A program made the translations under genes and the position numbers. The notes beneath the pieces were generated by a model. It saw nothing but the letters and a program-made list of their open reading frames with translations, had not been told where the DNA came from and did not search any database. A stretch of 64,000 nucleotides of DNA from an uncultured Acidobacteriota bacterium (GTDB lineage: Bacteria; Acidobacteriota; Thermoanaerobaculia; Gp7-AA8): NCBI GenBank assembly GCA_963822445.1, contig CAWGHO010000002.1:1184001-1248000 (forward strand), given 5' to 3'. Of this stretch, positions 63,404-64,000 are shown piece by piece. Each line of letters begins with the position of its first letter. Position 1 is the stretch's first letter.

Positions 63404-64000
63404 TCTCGTGGATTGGTATCGCCGCGCGCGAGCTCGGACGCGCGAACTTTTCTCGCTCATCACCGAGGACGCGTACTACGACCGGCCGATCCGGTTGCGC
63501 AACCCGATCGTTTTCTACGAGGGACACCTGCCCGCGTTCGCCGTGAACACGCTGATCAAGCTCACGCTGAAGCGGCGGGGAATCGATGACGAGCTCGAGA
63601 CGCTCTTCGCGCGCGGCATCGATCCCGAGGATGAGGCCGCGGCGAAACCGCCGACCGATGTGTGGCCGTCACGCGCGGAAGTGCAGGCGTACGGCGCCGC
63701 GGCGGAGAGGTTGGTCGAGGAGAACCTCGAGAACAGCGAGGCGGCGTTCACGGTCATCGAGCACGAGCTGATGCATCAGGAGACGCTGATGTATCTGATT
63801 CACGCGTTGCCGTATGAGAGGAAGAGGGGCAGCGGCTTTGCCGCTGCAGGTAAGAGCGGCAGCTTTGCTGCCGCAGTCCAGAAGATCCCGGCCGGGAAGA
63901 TTGTCCTTGGCCAGTCCGAAGGCTTTTTCGGCTGGGACAACGAGCTCCCGGCGACCGCGGTCGACGTCGCCGACTTCGAGATCGACGCGTTCAACGTCAC
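63363..64000 (+). CDS. EgtB/OvoA-related non-heme iron enzyme (DinB_2 + FGE-sulfatase domains), 3'-truncated by the window edge
   Basis: Translated by hand (absent from the ORF track): RNPIVFYEGH, HELMHQE (HX3HXE), FGWDNE; TAGAAT 7 nt before the ATG. Confidence 0.85.
   Translation, partial: MRHQAFDGEVTRDILVDWYRRARARTRELFSLITEDAYYDRPIRLRNPIVFYEGHLPAFAVNTLIKLTLKRRGIDDELETLFARGIDPEDEAAAKPPTDVWPSRAEVQAYGAAAERLVEENLENSEAAFTVIEHELMHQETLMYLIHALPYERKRGSGFAAAGKSGSFAAAVQKIPAGKIVLGQSEGFFGWDNELPATAVDVADFEIDAFNV

Overview
GC-rich bacterial chromosomal segment, probably Acidobacteriota, possibly Thermoanaerobaculia (inferred from gene style, not from a marker gene). The backbone is housekeeping: glmS, mnmA, maeB, lolA-tgt-yajC-secD-secF, an M23 peptidase, cdd, trmFO and three tRNAs (Pro-GGG, Ser-UGA, Ser-GCU). 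Accessory blocks: (1) right after tRNA-Pro, a coupled pair of an uncharacterised 1177-aa protein and a pentapeptide-repeat protein; (2) a 13-kb co-oriented redox cluster (26.2-39.4 kb) with a RoxA-like di-heme lipoprotein, a GMC oxidoreductase, a pentaheme cytochrome c, a putative outer-membrane beta-barrel, a Tat-exported IorAB-type molybdoenzyme, a catalase-fold protein and an XdhC-MocA fusion, which is the best candidate for an undescribed system; (3) three tandem exported amidohydrolase paralogues; (4) a KaiC-like ATPase/histidine kinase/atypical receiver module between two convergent tRNA-Ser genes, followed by general-stress-type genes with several sigma54-like promoter motifs. Several REP/MITE-like palindromic elements are present, one in-frame inside a gene. 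Five single-base frameshifts, one of them in the normally essential glmS, look like sequencing errors. All family assignments come from motifs recognised by eye; no database search was run.
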